Origin: Anaerohalosphaeraceae bacterium
GTDB taxonomy: Bacteria; Planctomycetota; Phycisphaerae; Sedimentisphaerales; Anaerohalosphaeraceae
Direction: 5' to 3'
NCBI GenBank assembly: GCA_050309605.1
Contig: JBNRMN010000033.1
Location: 96,001-160,000, forward strand
DNA length: 64,000 nucleotides
A program made the translations under genes and the position numbers. How positions within the stretch are numbered: the stretch's first letter is position 1; each line of letters begins with the position of its first letter. This document shows, in pieces, positions 10,901 to 19,913 of this stretch. Under the pieces are notes generated by a model that was not told where the DNA came from, did not search any database, and saw only the letters and a program-made list of their open reading frames with translations.

Positions 10901-11267
10901 GCCGCGGCAGGGCAATCCGGCCTATGACGGGATGGAGATCCAGATTCTCGATGACACCGCCGACCGGTACGCCGACTTGCAGCCGTATCAATATTGCGGC
11001 TCGATTTATGGCGTCGCCCCGGCCCGGCGCGGCCGCCTCAAGCCCGTCGGCCAATGGAATGCAATGGACATCATCGCCGACGGGCCGCGGATCACCGTCA
11101 TCCTCAACGATACAGTCATTGTGGATGCGGACTTGACGCAGGCGATTGAGCAGGGCACGATGGACGGTCGCGACCATCCCGGACTGACCCGAACCGGCGG
11201 CCATATCGTCATCCTCGGCCATGGCACCGAAGTGGCGTTTCGCAATATTCAAATCAAAGAACTGTAA
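7905..11267 (+). CDS. Exported HEAT-repeat protein with two C-terminal DUF1080 (3-keto-disaccharide hydrolase-like) domains
   Basis: Signal peptide; about 700 aa of HEAT-like helical repeats (VR.AAIRAL, AAIRALADWP); two modules LFN..DLTGW...DSGIYLRG/NNGIGIR...WN...LQ.HG/LGHG...F.NI. Confidence 0.88.
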   Translation: MHKLHLFGLMSCLVVCTGISVKASSVDQRLEELLTAPLPHTFQDAQAQCAALFESGSEAIVSLCRMLDAVEDDTRQRTLLQTAAAYVGQDGRLAERTLFIQAIAQALKQTSNKETQTFLIELLQWAGDDRSIAVLSGFLTDGRLCGPAARALTTLGTPAAAHALTAALNRPQTADRSAVILGLGMLRAEHAAETIAPYSRDADATVRHSAQWALANIGYEPTATAIFEAMTAASGYPKAQAASLYILLARRLAQKGQTDAAAAMCRKILADRGDTAIAVSIQADALDTLVTAVGAAALTDLLTAAGSENRSLQVAAVNLADRIDGSGATERWVRLLAEADAFSVEHIAAMLGRRGDRSALPSVLGLLYHADDSVAASAMTAAVRLDQEKAVEAIVAMLRETDRPQRIAEGVDVLMRLPGHEALRAAAQSLAAMPPASRIKVMEGLAGRRAAGYSSFILEQAVDADPTVRRAAIRALMFCAAADDLPKLLSLMLDSDDRAEQAGLQRAAVAAAHQHPDTEKRADPILERLSQADDSDKAVLIRTVGQVGGPEALRTVRQYVNSDDSDIKDAAIRALADWPDVSAVEGLMEVVRTEELRYQVIALRSALRLVQNSELPPRRKVQLAKQALEAVSREGEKQLILSFLSQVKSNRALTLAAHYLDDPALRPAAAAAVARIALPDGDHQGLDGVYAANVLTESVDALTDEQLQQQVRDYLNTLPPPSKPQTKTPPDGFTALFNNQDLTGWQGVLLPPYDNPIRRARLSDSQRAELQAKADALMRKHWHVKDGLLYFDGGGFSLSTTEDYRDFELYVDWKIAPHGDSGIYLRGAPQVQIWDPADWPEGSGGLYNNQNNPSKPLVRADHPIGQWNTFFIRMIDQHVTVFLNDTLIVDNVVLENYWDRRRPIFAAGPIELQCHGDPVWFNNIFVRRIRPQETGGVSLFNGRDLTGWVGDTAGYVVQDQTLIWRGGGNLYTEQEYDDFHFRCEFRLTPGANNGIGIRSPRQGNPAYDGMEIQILDDTADRYADLQPYQYCGSIYGVAPARRGRLKPVGQWNAMDIIADGPRITVILNDTVIVDADLTQAIEQGTMDGRDHPGLTRTGGHIVILGHGTEVAFRNIQIKEL

Positions 11268-11296
11268 AACAGCACGGTACATTCGGATAAAGGAAT

Positions 11297-12235
11297 ATGG
11301 TTATGGATCGAAGAGCATTTTTGACAACCGCTGCGGCGGCCGGATTGTCGATGACCTCCACATCGGCCGCACAAGCGGAATCGTCTTCTCAGAACGGCAG
11401 CCGCCGACCCCATCGCATTGCCGCAGCCACGTATTCATTCTGGCATTTTGACCCCAGCCAGCGGATGCCGATTGATCAGTGCATTCGCCATTCGGCCGAG
11501 TTGGGTTTTGACGGCGTCGATATTCTGCACGCTCAGATGACCGATGAATCCAACGCCTACCTGCAATCGCTCAAGCGGTTGGCCCTGGTCTGCGGCCTGG
11601 ATTTGTGCAATCTGAGCACCCATCAGGGCTTCGTAACGCCCGACGCCGGGCGGCGGCAGCGCAGCGTGGACCACACCCTTCGCTGTATCGACATCGCCTA
11701 CAAGCTGGGCATTCCCTGTATCCGCATCAGCGCCGGACGGTGGGGAACCTCGGCCAATTTTAATGCATTGATGGCCAACAAAGGCATTGAGTCGCCGCTG
11801 GAGGGCTATCGCGATGAGGATGCCTACCCCTGGGTGATCGAGAGTCTTGAAAAATGCCTGCCGATGGCCGAACAATGCGGCGTAACGCTTGCGCTGGAGA
11901 ATCATTGGGGGCTGGCCCGCACGCCCGAAGGTCTGCTGCGAATTGTCAACGCGATTGATTCGGACTGGCTCAAAGTGCTGATGGATACCGGCAATTTTTT
12001 GGACGATCCCTACGATAAGCTTGAAAAAATCGCTGCCCAGACGGTTTTTGTGCAGGCCAAGACCTATTTCGGCGGCGGTGTCTGGTACACCCTGGATCTG
12101 GACTACGACCGCATCGCCGCAATCCTCAGGAAACACAACTATCAAGGTTATATTTGCCTTGAATTCGAGGGTAAAGAAGACTGGCGAACCGCACTGCCCA
12201 AAAGTCTGGCATTATTACGGCGAGCCTTTTCCTGA
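11297..12235 (+). CDS. Tat-exported sugar phosphate isomerase/epimerase family TIM-barrel protein
   Basis: Tat signal DRRAFL; LALENHWG, MDTGNF, QAKTY, CLEFEG. Confidence 0.9.
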   Translation: MVMDRRAFLTTAAAAGLSMTSTSAAQAESSSQNGSRRPHRIAAATYSFWHFDPSQRMPIDQCIRHSAELGFDGVDILHAQMTDESNAYLQSLKRLALVCGLDLCNLSTHQGFVTPDAGRRQRSVDHTLRCIDIAYKLGIPCIRISAGRWGTSANFNALMANKGIESPLEGYRDEDAYPWVIESLEKCLPMAEQCGVTLALENHWGLARTPEGLLRIVNAIDSDWLKVLMDTGNFLDDPYDKLEKIAAQTVFVQAKTYFGGGVWYTLDLDYDRIAAILRKHNYQGYICLEFEGKEDWRTALPKSLALLRRAFS

Positions 12236-12445
12236 GGAATGCTTAAAAACCTCCCGCCGTGTCGCGATGGGCGGCCCTATTGCCCTGGGGGCTTTTTCGC
12301 TTTGAGACCTTCCGCTCAGCAAGTCTGCGCCGATTTTCTGGCATCAAATTCATCGTATTTTTGAAAAAAGAGTGAAAATTTTCCGTTTTTTCCGTCTTAA
12401 ACTTACATACGCGGTACAAAAAGTCCAAACGAAAGAGGTCTTTCA

Positions 12446-13000
12446 TTGCATCACAAATCGTCAGAAAACGGCAAAGCGGATCGGTATGAGCGGTTTCTGG
12501 AACTTTATTCGGTCAACCAGAAGCGGGTATTTGTGTACATTTTGAGCCTTGTTCCGAATCGCCAGGACGCCGAAGATCTGCTTCAGCAAACGATGATGGA
12601 GATGTGGAAACTGTTTGACCGGTTTGAGCCGGGGACCGATTTTGTATCGTGGGGGCGGGCCATCGCCCGATTTCAGGTGTTGAAGTTTCGCGAAAAACAG
12701 CAAAAAGAAAAAGGCGTCTTGTTTCTCAACGATGAGGCGTTTCAGGTGATTCTGCGGGAATCAAGCCGCCTTCAGGATGATTCGAATGATCGTTTGGCGG
12801 CGCTGGGCGGCTGTCTGGGCAAGCTCAGGGATCGGGATAAATATATGCTCAGTCTTCGTTATGAAGAGGGATTGACCTATCATCAGATTGCCGAAAAGCT
12901 GGGCCGTTCGATGACCATGGTTTATAAAATGATGACGGCCATTCACACGGCGTTGCTGCACTGCATTCATCAGACCCTGTCTTTGTGGGATGCGCAATAA
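12446..13000 (+). CDS. ECF sigma-70 factor (Planctomycete/Verrucomicrobia type)
   Basis: YILSLVPNRQDAEDLLQQT..W, GTDF..W..IA, CL.KL...LRYEEG.TY..IA. TTG start after AAGAGG; TAATG overlap with the next gene. Confidence 0.92.
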   Translation: MHHKSSENGKADRYERFLELYSVNQKRVFVYILSLVPNRQDAEDLLQQTMMEMWKLFDRFEPGTDFVSWGRAIARFQVLKFREKQQKEKGVLFLNDEAFQVILRESSRLQDDSNDRLAALGGCLGKLRDRDKYMLSLRYEEGLTYHQIAEKLGRSMTMVYKMMTAIHTALLHCIHQTLSLWDAQ

Positions 13001-14694
13001 TGGACCGCGACGAGAAAACGCGATTTGAGGAGTTGGTTTTGGTCGCTCTTGAAGGCGAGCTTTCGGAGCGTCAGCGTCAGAGGCTGAATCAACGGCTCAT
13101 TGAAGATCCCGACGCGGTCGGGCGGTATCTGGAGTTGATCCGCTTATATGCGGAATTGTCGCCGTACGGGGATGCCGGGCGAATTTGTACCCTGTCTGAA
13201 ACATCGGACAGTTCAGCGACGGAATATGACAGACTGCTGCATTTTCTGGCCGAGGATGAACATACAGCGCCCGCACTGATCTGCGAGGTGAACAAACACG
13301 AATCGCCCCGCGAACAGATCCCCAAAGTTGAGAAGGTCCAGCGTCAGAAGATAGAATATAAGATGTCCCGCTCGTCGCGGTTGATGCTGGCCGCGGCGGT
13401 CGCGGCGTCGTTGTTTATTGTCTTGTTTCTGCGGATGTCCACGCCGGCGGCGGTGGACGTGGCGACCGTTGTGGATAGTATGAACGCGGCGTATGCCGGC
13501 AATCGTGAGATTCCGATTGGGAAACGACTGGCCAGCCGACGGGATTCGCTGTGGCTGCAAAAAGGGATTGTCAAAATTGCGTTTGATTACGGTGCGGAAG
13601 TGGTCATCGAGGCGCCGGCCGAGTTTACGCTGAAGACCGCCGATGATATGACGCTGCATTCAGGGCGTGTGTTTGTTCATGTGCCGAGCCGATCCAAAGG
13701 ATTTCGGGTGGATACGCCCAGCGCGACAGTCATCGACCTGGGCACGGAGTTTGCCATCAAGGTCGATCATGACGGTTCAAGCGATGTTCATTTGCTCAGA
13801 GGCAGTGCGTCGCTGATCCCCGGCGTCAAGGGTCAGACCGGCCCCGGACAGATCCTGCTGGCCGGCCAGGCCCGACAAGTCGATCCGTCCGGGCGAGTGG
13901 AAGCAATTGCGGTCACACGTGAGGCGTTTGTGCATGACATCAATTCCGGAGCCGGTGTTGTCTGGCGCGGACAGCGTCGGATCAGCCTGGCGGATGTGGT
14001 CTGCGGAGGCGTCGGTTTCGGAACGGGCGATCCTGACCGTGTGATTGACCCGACCGATGGACATGTGGCCGCTTATGTGGATCGCGGTCAAAGCGTCGGC
14101 TTTGGCTCAGGCACATTCCATCGGGTGGAGGCCTTGAACTATATTGACGGCGTCTTTGTTCCGGATGGCGGCGACGGCCCGATTCAAATCAGTTCCGAAG
14201 GAACATTGTTTGCCGATTGTCCGCCCACATCGGGACGATTTCGAAAAGCCATTACCGTCCTGAACAAGGTGTACGATTCAGAAGGGGGGACGCTGGCGAT
14301 CGGCGATACAGCGTACGGTTATCCGCATCAGCCGGCGATCTCCATGCACGCCAATATGGGTATTACCTTTGATCTGGACGCGATACGAAACGACCTGCGG
14401 CGCGTGGACATCGCGTATTTTGAGGCGCTGTGTGCCATTGCCGCTCAAGGGGAAAATGAGCCGTCGCAAACCGGCAGGGCGGATTTTTGGATATTGCTCG
14501 ACGGTCAGGTGCGCAAACGGATTATCGGCGCTGCGACGGGATTTTCGGACACCGTTCGTATTCCGATTGGGCCGACCGACCGTTTTTTGACTCTGGTTAC
14601 GACGGATCATCAGCAAGCCGGAGAAAGCGACCCCATTCATTCGGATCGATGTTTTTTCGGCAATCCTGTTTTAGGTCTTGAAGCGCACCCGTAG
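13000..14694 (+). CDS. FecR-family anti-sigma factor with C-terminal NPCBM/NEW2-like domain
   Basis: Cytoplasmic N-terminus, one TM segment, FecR core (GAEVVIEAPA, GF.V.TP...VIDLGTEF), C-terminal MHANMGITFDL...F.ILLDG...RFLTLVTTD. Confidence 0.85.
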   Translation: MDRDEKTRFEELVLVALEGELSERQRQRLNQRLIEDPDAVGRYLELIRLYAELSPYGDAGRICTLSETSDSSATEYDRLLHFLAEDEHTAPALICEVNKHESPREQIPKVEKVQRQKIEYKMSRSSRLMLAAAVAASLFIVLFLRMSTPAAVDVATVVDSMNAAYAGNREIPIGKRLASRRDSLWLQKGIVKIAFDYGAEVVIEAPAEFTLKTADDMTLHSGRVFVHVPSRSKGFRVDTPSATVIDLGTEFAIKVDHDGSSDVHLLRGSASLIPGVKGQTGPGQILLAGQARQVDPSGRVEAIAVTREAFVHDINSGAGVVWRGQRRISLADVVCGGVGFGTGDPDRVIDPTDGHVAAYVDRGQSVGFGSGTFHRVEALNYIDGVFVPDGGDGPIQISSEGTLFADCPPTSGRFRKAITVLNKVYDSEGGTLAIGDTAYGYPHQPAISMHANMGITFDLDAIRNDLRRVDIAYFEALCAIAAQGENEPSQTGRADFWILLDGQVRKRIIGAATGFSDTVRIPIGPTDRFLTLVTTDHQQAGESDPIHSDRCFFGNPVLGLEAHP

Positions 14695-14740
14695 GTGTAT
14701 GAAAAGAAAGTGATGAACATTTTTTTTCGGAGGTACGATT

Positions 14741-16885
14741 ATGAAACACACTATTATGTTGCTGACCATTGCGTTTGTTTCTGTGTGGAGCCAGGCGCAG
14801 CCGGTATCGTTGGTTCAGAACGGCGACTTTGAACAGTGGACCGGCGGCCTGCCGGACAACTGGCTCAAAGGCAGCCCGGTGACGCTGGCCTCGTCGTCGC
14901 TGCTGAACGGGTCGGCTTCCGTGCTGCTGAACGCGGTTTCCGGGGACTCCAATAACCAGTACTTCAGGCAGGGTTTTTCAAGCTCGGTTGCTGACGGGAG
15001 TTATTTTTACGTTGCTTTTGACATCGCTTTTCAAACCGCCGCCAGCGGACGCGACTGGAATCTCAATATGACGGCGGGGGGCACGACATCGGTCTTTAAT
15101 ATGTATTACCGAACGGATACGCTGTATATCTACAACGGCTCGGCGTGGGTTCCCATCGACTCCACCGGTGTGATGACGGCGAGCCATTTTTCCGCTGAAG
15201 TAGTTCATCCCTATCGGATCATCATCGAGGGAATCTGGCTCGGCTCGTATGCGCTGACTATCATTGATCTGGATACAGAGACCGTGCTGCTGAACCAAAC
15301 GGGGTTGAGCCATTATCAACGCCAGGAGAATGCATCGTTCATCAATTTCGATCTCAGTCGCGGGGTCAATCAGATTCTGATTGATAATGTGGCGGTTTAT
15401 CCTCAGAATCCCGATTTGCCGGTCGTGGATGCAGGGTTGAACACCACCGTCGAGCTGCCTGACAACAGTGTGACGCTGATGCCCGCAGTCAGCAACACCG
15501 ACACCCCCGATGAAGCGCTGAGTGTCCAGTGGTCTCAAGTCAGCGGGCCGGCGCTTTCGTTCAGCACGCAGTCCGGCGAAACGGCCGCTGACCTGAATGC
15601 GAGGGCGATTTTTGACGGCGGTCGCGGCCAGTACGTCCTCAAACTGACGGTAACCGACGAGCGGGGATTGACCGGTGAAGACACGATCAACATCCGCGTG
15701 AAGGACCCGGCGATCGATGATGTCCTGCTGGGGCATTGGGGATTTGAGGCATTGTCCGGCGTCGTGGCGGCGGATGCGCTGGATGCGGCCGCGGGCAATG
15801 TGGTGGCCGATGACGGCTTTCTTGCCGGTGTGACCGACCCGAATCTGCCTCAGTGGACTTCCGGCTGGGTTGGCGACGGCGCGCTGGAATTTTTCGGAGG
15901 CCAGCTTGTCGATGTGAACGACGTGGCCGCGCAGGATCCGAATACCAAGTCGCTGCGGTGGGAGATGACGGTGGCCGGATGGATCAAGCCCGATCCGGAA
16001 AGCGGAGGCTATCGAACGCTTGTCGGTCGATTTTCGCCGTTTAATTGGGTTCTGCGAAAAGCGGAAACCAGCCCGTATGCGGAATTGGTGCTGCAGATGG
16101 ACGATACGCAGGTCTGGCTGACCGGTACAACCGATATTCTGGATGGTTATTGGCATCACCTGGCCGGAACGTTCGACGGTCGCCGCGCCGTGCTCTACGT
16201 GGACGGTCTCGAAGAGGCTGCCGTCGAGCTGGGGCGCGACTTGATCCAGGTAAGCCTTGAGTCCGATTTGGCAATCGGCGGACGGCGCGACCGAAATCAT
16301 TTCCTGGCGGGTTTGGCCGACGATGTGCGGCTGTATAGCTACGCTCTCGGAGCCGATCAGATTCTTGAACTGGTACAATTGGGAGTCAATGTTCCGCCGC
16401 GCGTTCAGATTGATCCCGATATTCCCACGTATCTGGTCAAGCAGTTTAACGATACCGTTGAACTGACCGCGGAGATTATTGAGCCAAACCCCGATGATGT
16501 GATTGCGGCGATGTGGTCGGTTGTCGAACCGGAACTGGCTGCGTTTGTCAGCTTCGGCGACCAAACGGCCGTCAATACCACCGCCACCTTTGCGCAGGCC
16601 GGCGTCTATACCCTGCGGCTGACTGTCAATGACGGCCTCGCCGGGCTGGAAGACGATATTTTTGACGACATCGTCATTACCGTCAATGAACCGGTCTGTG
16701 AGGATTTGCTGGTCTATAACGAAGACCTCGGACGCTACATCAACCCCTATCTCAGCGCCGACATCAGCGGGCCGGACGGCAGACCGGATTGCTATATCGA
16801 TCTTCACGATGTGGCGATGATGGCGTCGAACTGGCTGTTGTGCAACGATCCTGAAGGCGAAGGTTGTATCCTGCCGCTGGACTAA
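14741..16885 (+). CDS. Secreted modular protein: CBM-like N-terminus, PKD-like domains, LamG jelly-roll, dockerin-like C-terminus
   Basis: Signal peptide; VQNGDFE; W.QVSGP...G.Y.L.LTV.D repeated twice; WHHLAGTFDG..LYVDG...DDVRLY; ADISGPDGRPDCYIDLHD...WL. Confidence 0.85.
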   Translation: MKHTIMLLTIAFVSVWSQAQPVSLVQNGDFEQWTGGLPDNWLKGSPVTLASSSLLNGSASVLLNAVSGDSNNQYFRQGFSSSVADGSYFYVAFDIAFQTAASGRDWNLNMTAGGTTSVFNMYYRTDTLYIYNGSAWVPIDSTGVMTASHFSAEVVHPYRIIIEGIWLGSYALTIIDLDTETVLLNQTGLSHYQRQENASFINFDLSRGVNQILIDNVAVYPQNPDLPVVDAGLNTTVELPDNSVTLMPAVSNTDTPDEALSVQWSQVSGPALSFSTQSGETAADLNARAIFDGGRGQYVLKLTVTDERGLTGEDTINIRVKDPAIDDVLLGHWGFEALSGVVAADALDAAAGNVVADDGFLAGVTDPNLPQWTSGWVGDGALEFFGGQLVDVNDVAAQDPNTKSLRWEMTVAGWIKPDPESGGYRTLVGRFSPFNWVLRKAETSPYAELVLQMDDTQVWLTGTTDILDGYWHHLAGTFDGRRAVLYVDGLEEAAVELGRDLIQVSLESDLAIGGRRDRNHFLAGLADDVRLYSYALGADQILELVQLGVNVPPRVQIDPDIPTYLVKQFNDTVELTAEIIEPNPDDVIAAMWSVVEPELAAFVSFGDQTAVNTTATFAQAGVYTLRLTVNDGLAGLEDDIFDDIVITVNEPVCEDLLVYNEDLGRYINPYLSADISGPDGRPDCYIDLHDVAMMASNWLLCNDPEGEGCILPLD

Positions 16886-16927
16886 GGCATCGTAAAGAAA
16901 TCAAACGACTGAATGACGAATCATCAA

Positions 16928-17007
16928 ACCACGAAAGGCACGAAGAAACACGAAGATTTGAGTGAGCTTAAAAGGGTGTTCTTCGTGATCTTCGTGTTCT
17001 TCGTGGT
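16928..17007. repeat. Inverted pair of 9-10-bp tandem arrays (CACGAA x3 / TTCGTG x3)
   Basis: ACCACGAAA GGCACGAAG AAACACGAAG ... TTCTTCGTG ATCTTCGTG TTCTTCGTG GT. Confidence 0.8.
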
Positions 17008-17103
17008 AAAAAAACAGTCAAATTATTTTTTACGGCTTATGAGACCAAGCGTAGATTGACGGTTCGAAGCGATGAAATAAATGACGGCAAGAAAGGTGAA
17101 TTT

Positions 17104-19449
17104 ATGCGCGTATGGGGTGTGCTGCGAAAGAGTGTCTTGAGTTTGTTATCGATTGTTGTGATGGGAGGTGTGACCGGTTCATCGGTTCAAGCCGAGGGGC
17201 TGCTTCGCTATTATTTTCCTCCCGAAGAATCGCTTGACAAGGTGATTACAACACAGGTATGCATTTACGGCGGCACCTCGGCCGGCGTCGTGGCGGCGCT
17301 GGAATTAAAACGGCTGGGGATCGATTCGGTCATCGTCCATCCCGGCGTGCGGATCGGCGGGCTGACCGCAAGCGGGCTGGGCTGGACGGATTTCGGGACT
17401 CAGGACGCGGTTCAGGGCATCGCCCGGGAATTTTACGAACGTCTCGGCGCCGCATATGATATGTCCATACGCTGGACGTTTGAGCCGTCGGTCGCGCTGG
17501 CGGTGTTTGAGGAGATGGTCGCCGAGGCCGGCGTTGAGGTCTATGACAAGGCGTTTCTGGATCGTGCGGCCGGCGTGAAGATGGAACATAATCGCATCGT
17601 GAGCCTCACGACGGAAAACGGGCTGACGGTGCGGGCGGCGTATTTCATCGACGCCACATATGAGGGCGATTTAATGGCCGCGGCCGGGGTGTCCTATACC
17701 ACCGGACGCGAAAGCAATTCCGTTTACGACGAGACCTACAACGGACGGCAGGTCCGCCAAAAGCATCAGTTTCTTCGGGATGTCAGCCCGTATATCGTCG
17801 AAGGCGATCCGTCCAGCGGCCTGCTTGCCGGCATCGAAACCGAGATCCCCGTTCAGGGGCAGGGCGATCACCGTATCCAGGCGTACAATTTCCGGATTTG
17901 TATGACCGATCAACCAGACAATCGTGTGCCGTTCCCCAAACCGGCCAACTATGACCGGTCGTGGTATATTTTGCTGGAACGTTACTTTGCCGCTGGTTTC
18001 GGGACGGAAGTCGATAACTTTTTCCAAAAATTTGATCGTATCCCGAACGGCAAAACCGATACGAACAATCACGGCGGGATATCGACCGATTTCATCGGAC
18101 AGAACTATGATTGGCCGACGGGCAGTTATCAAACCCGTGAGCAAATCTACCAGCAGCATGTTGGCTATATCCAGGGCTACTGGTGGTTTGTCGCCAATGA
18201 TCCGGCCGTCGGAAAGGTGGCCCCGACCATTCAGGCTCGGCTGCAAAACTGGGGTCTGGCGGCCGATGAATTTGTTGAGTACGGCCACTGGCCCCCCCAA
18301 TTGTATGTTCGCGAGGCGCGTCGGATGGTCTCGGATTATGTCATCACTGAGCACGACTTTTTCGGGCGAACGCGCGTGTCCGATTCGGTGGGGCTGGCGT
18401 CGTATGGGATGGATTCGCATAATTGTGCGCGGTTTGTGACCGCCGAGGGCTATGTGAAAAACGAAGGCGATGTGCAGATCGGCGGAGTTCAGCCTTATCG
18501 GCTGTCGTATCGGGCGATTGTGCCGCGCCGCGGTGAGTGTGGCAATCTGGCGGTTCCGGTGTGCGTGTCGGCCTCGCATATCGCCTATGGCTCCGTGCGG
18601 ATGGAGCCGGTGTTTATGATTCTGGCGCAGTCTTCAGCGGCGGCGATCGCACAAGCCATTGAAGCCGACGGCATAGACTTGCAGTCGGTCGATATCAAAC
18701 AACTTCAGCACACACTTGAGCAGCGCGGCCAGCGGCTGGTGTGGGGTACTTATCTGGACGATGTGGACGGTACGATCATCGATTCGGAGCAGTCTTCTCA
18801 GGTCATCGTCATCGGGGATTGGCTTGCCAGCGGCAGCGTCGCCGGTTTTATCGGCGAACATTATCTGCACGACGACAATACCGGCAAAGGCGAAAAATCG
18901 GTCGTTTTTCAGCTTCATGTTCCCGCGTCCGGATCGTATGACGTGTATCTGTGCTGGACTGAACACGTCAACCGCGCGACCCATGTGCCGGTGTCGGTCC
19001 ATCATGACGGCGGACAGTCGCAGCATACCGTCAATCAACGCGTCAATGGAGGGCGGTGGAACAAGCTGGGCCGTTATGTCTTTGCCGAGGGGAGCGGTTC
19101 GGTTGTCATTTCCAACGCCGGCACGGACGGCTATGTCGTGGCCGATGCGGTTTTAATCAGCCAACAAGTCAGTACGTGCGACGATCTGATCCGGGCTGGA
19201 CACATTATGCCCGGCGATATCAGCGGACCCGAGGGCAAGCCGGATTGTTATGTCAATATATACGATCTGGCCGAGATGGCGCGTCAGTGGCTTTTTTTTT
19301 GGAATAAACAGAAGGACGATCCGTCATGCAGCGATTCGGTGTACAGTTACCGGATGATGAACAAAGAGTGTTTCTTCAGCTCGCGCGCCAGTGTCTTCGC
19401 ATCGCAGCCGCAGAGACGATTCAGCTCGACCCAGAAGGCCCGGCTGTGA
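17104..19449 (+). CDS. Secreted FAD-dependent oxidoreductase with a xanthan-lyase/golvesin-type CBM-like domain and a dockerin-like tail
   Basis: IYGGTSAGVVAA, GGLTASGLG, FIDATYEGDL, QAYNFR, LYVREARRM, DSH, GSVRMEP. C-terminal G.Y.VY..W...NQR.NGG.W..LG...VVADAV, then GDISGPEGKPDC. The 3' end overlaps the convergent gene by 103 bp. Confidence 0.85.
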   Translation: MRVWGVLRKSVLSLLSIVVMGGVTGSSVQAEGLLRYYFPPEESLDKVITTQVCIYGGTSAGVVAALELKRLGIDSVIVHPGVRIGGLTASGLGWTDFGTQDAVQGIAREFYERLGAAYDMSIRWTFEPSVALAVFEEMVAEAGVEVYDKAFLDRAAGVKMEHNRIVSLTTENGLTVRAAYFIDATYEGDLMAAAGVSYTTGRESNSVYDETYNGRQVRQKHQFLRDVSPYIVEGDPSSGLLAGIETEIPVQGQGDHRIQAYNFRICMTDQPDNRVPFPKPANYDRSWYILLERYFAAGFGTEVDNFFQKFDRIPNGKTDTNNHGGISTDFIGQNYDWPTGSYQTREQIYQQHVGYIQGYWWFVANDPAVGKVAPTIQARLQNWGLAADEFVEYGHWPPQLYVREARRMVSDYVITEHDFFGRTRVSDSVGLASYGMDSHNCARFVTAEGYVKNEGDVQIGGVQPYRLSYRAIVPRRGECGNLAVPVCVSASHIAYGSVRMEPVFMILAQSSAAAIAQAIEADGIDLQSVDIKQLQHTLEQRGQRLVWGTYLDDVDGTIIDSEQSSQVIVIGDWLASGSVAGFIGEHYLHDDNTGKGEKSVVFQLHVPASGSYDVYLCWTEHVNRATHVPVSVHHDGGQSQHTVNQRVNGGRWNKLGRYVFAEGSGSVVISNAGTDGYVVADAVLISQQVSTCDDLIRAGHIMPGDISGPEGKPDCYVNIYDLAEMARQWLFFWNKQKDDPSCSDSVYSYRMMNKECFFSSRASVFASQPQRRFSSTQKARL

Positions 19450-19910
19450 TTTTTGTGGCGGATATGCGCCAATTCATGCAGCAGAAGATAATCCTGAAGC
19501 CGGCGCGGCAGAAAGACCATATTGATATTCAGACTGATGTTGTTCCGCGATGAGCAACTGCCCCATCGGGTCTTCTGGCAGCGAAACGTCGCGCGGTTGT
19601 AGGGCAGACGATGCTGTTTTGAAAATGCCTTAAGTCGGTCGAACAACGCTTGTTGTGCCTTGAGCAAGTCCTCCTTTGACAGCGCCGGCGGGGGCGCTTG
19701 GTGTTGCTGCTGCTGAGCGAACCGCCGCAGGTGTTTTTCGATCCACTCCTGTTTGGCTGCAACAAACTGCTGTGCCTCTGACAGGGCCATCCGGTGCGGC
19801 AGGGTAACGCGGACTTCCGGCTCCGGTCGAATCGCGATTCGAAGCCGTTTGGCGCGTGTGGAACGCACATAGCGAATGGGGGCATCGATGTTCACGGCCT
19901 GCGGCGTCAT
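19347..19910 (-). CDS. YgjP/DUF45-like zinc metallohydrolase (often annotated M48 family)
   Basis: RS.RAKRLRI, QKTRWGSCS, DYLLLHELAH...NHS..FW. Confidence 0.88.
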   Translation of the reverse strand: MTPQAVNIDAPIRYVRSTRAKRLRIAIRPEPEVRVTLPHRMALSEAQQFVAAKQEWIEKHLRRFAQQQQHQAPPPALSKEDLLKAQQALFDRLKAFSKQHRLPYNRATFRCQKTRWGSCSSRNNISLNINMVFLPRRLQDYLLLHELAHIRHKNHSRAFWVELNRLCGCDAKTLARELKKHSLFIIR

Positions 19911-19913
19911 CTG

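Noticed and set aside
1812..19449. tRNA-anchored integrative island
   Set aside because: The accessory genes lie on the 5' side of the tRNA; no integrase and no duplicated tRNA 3' end were seen.
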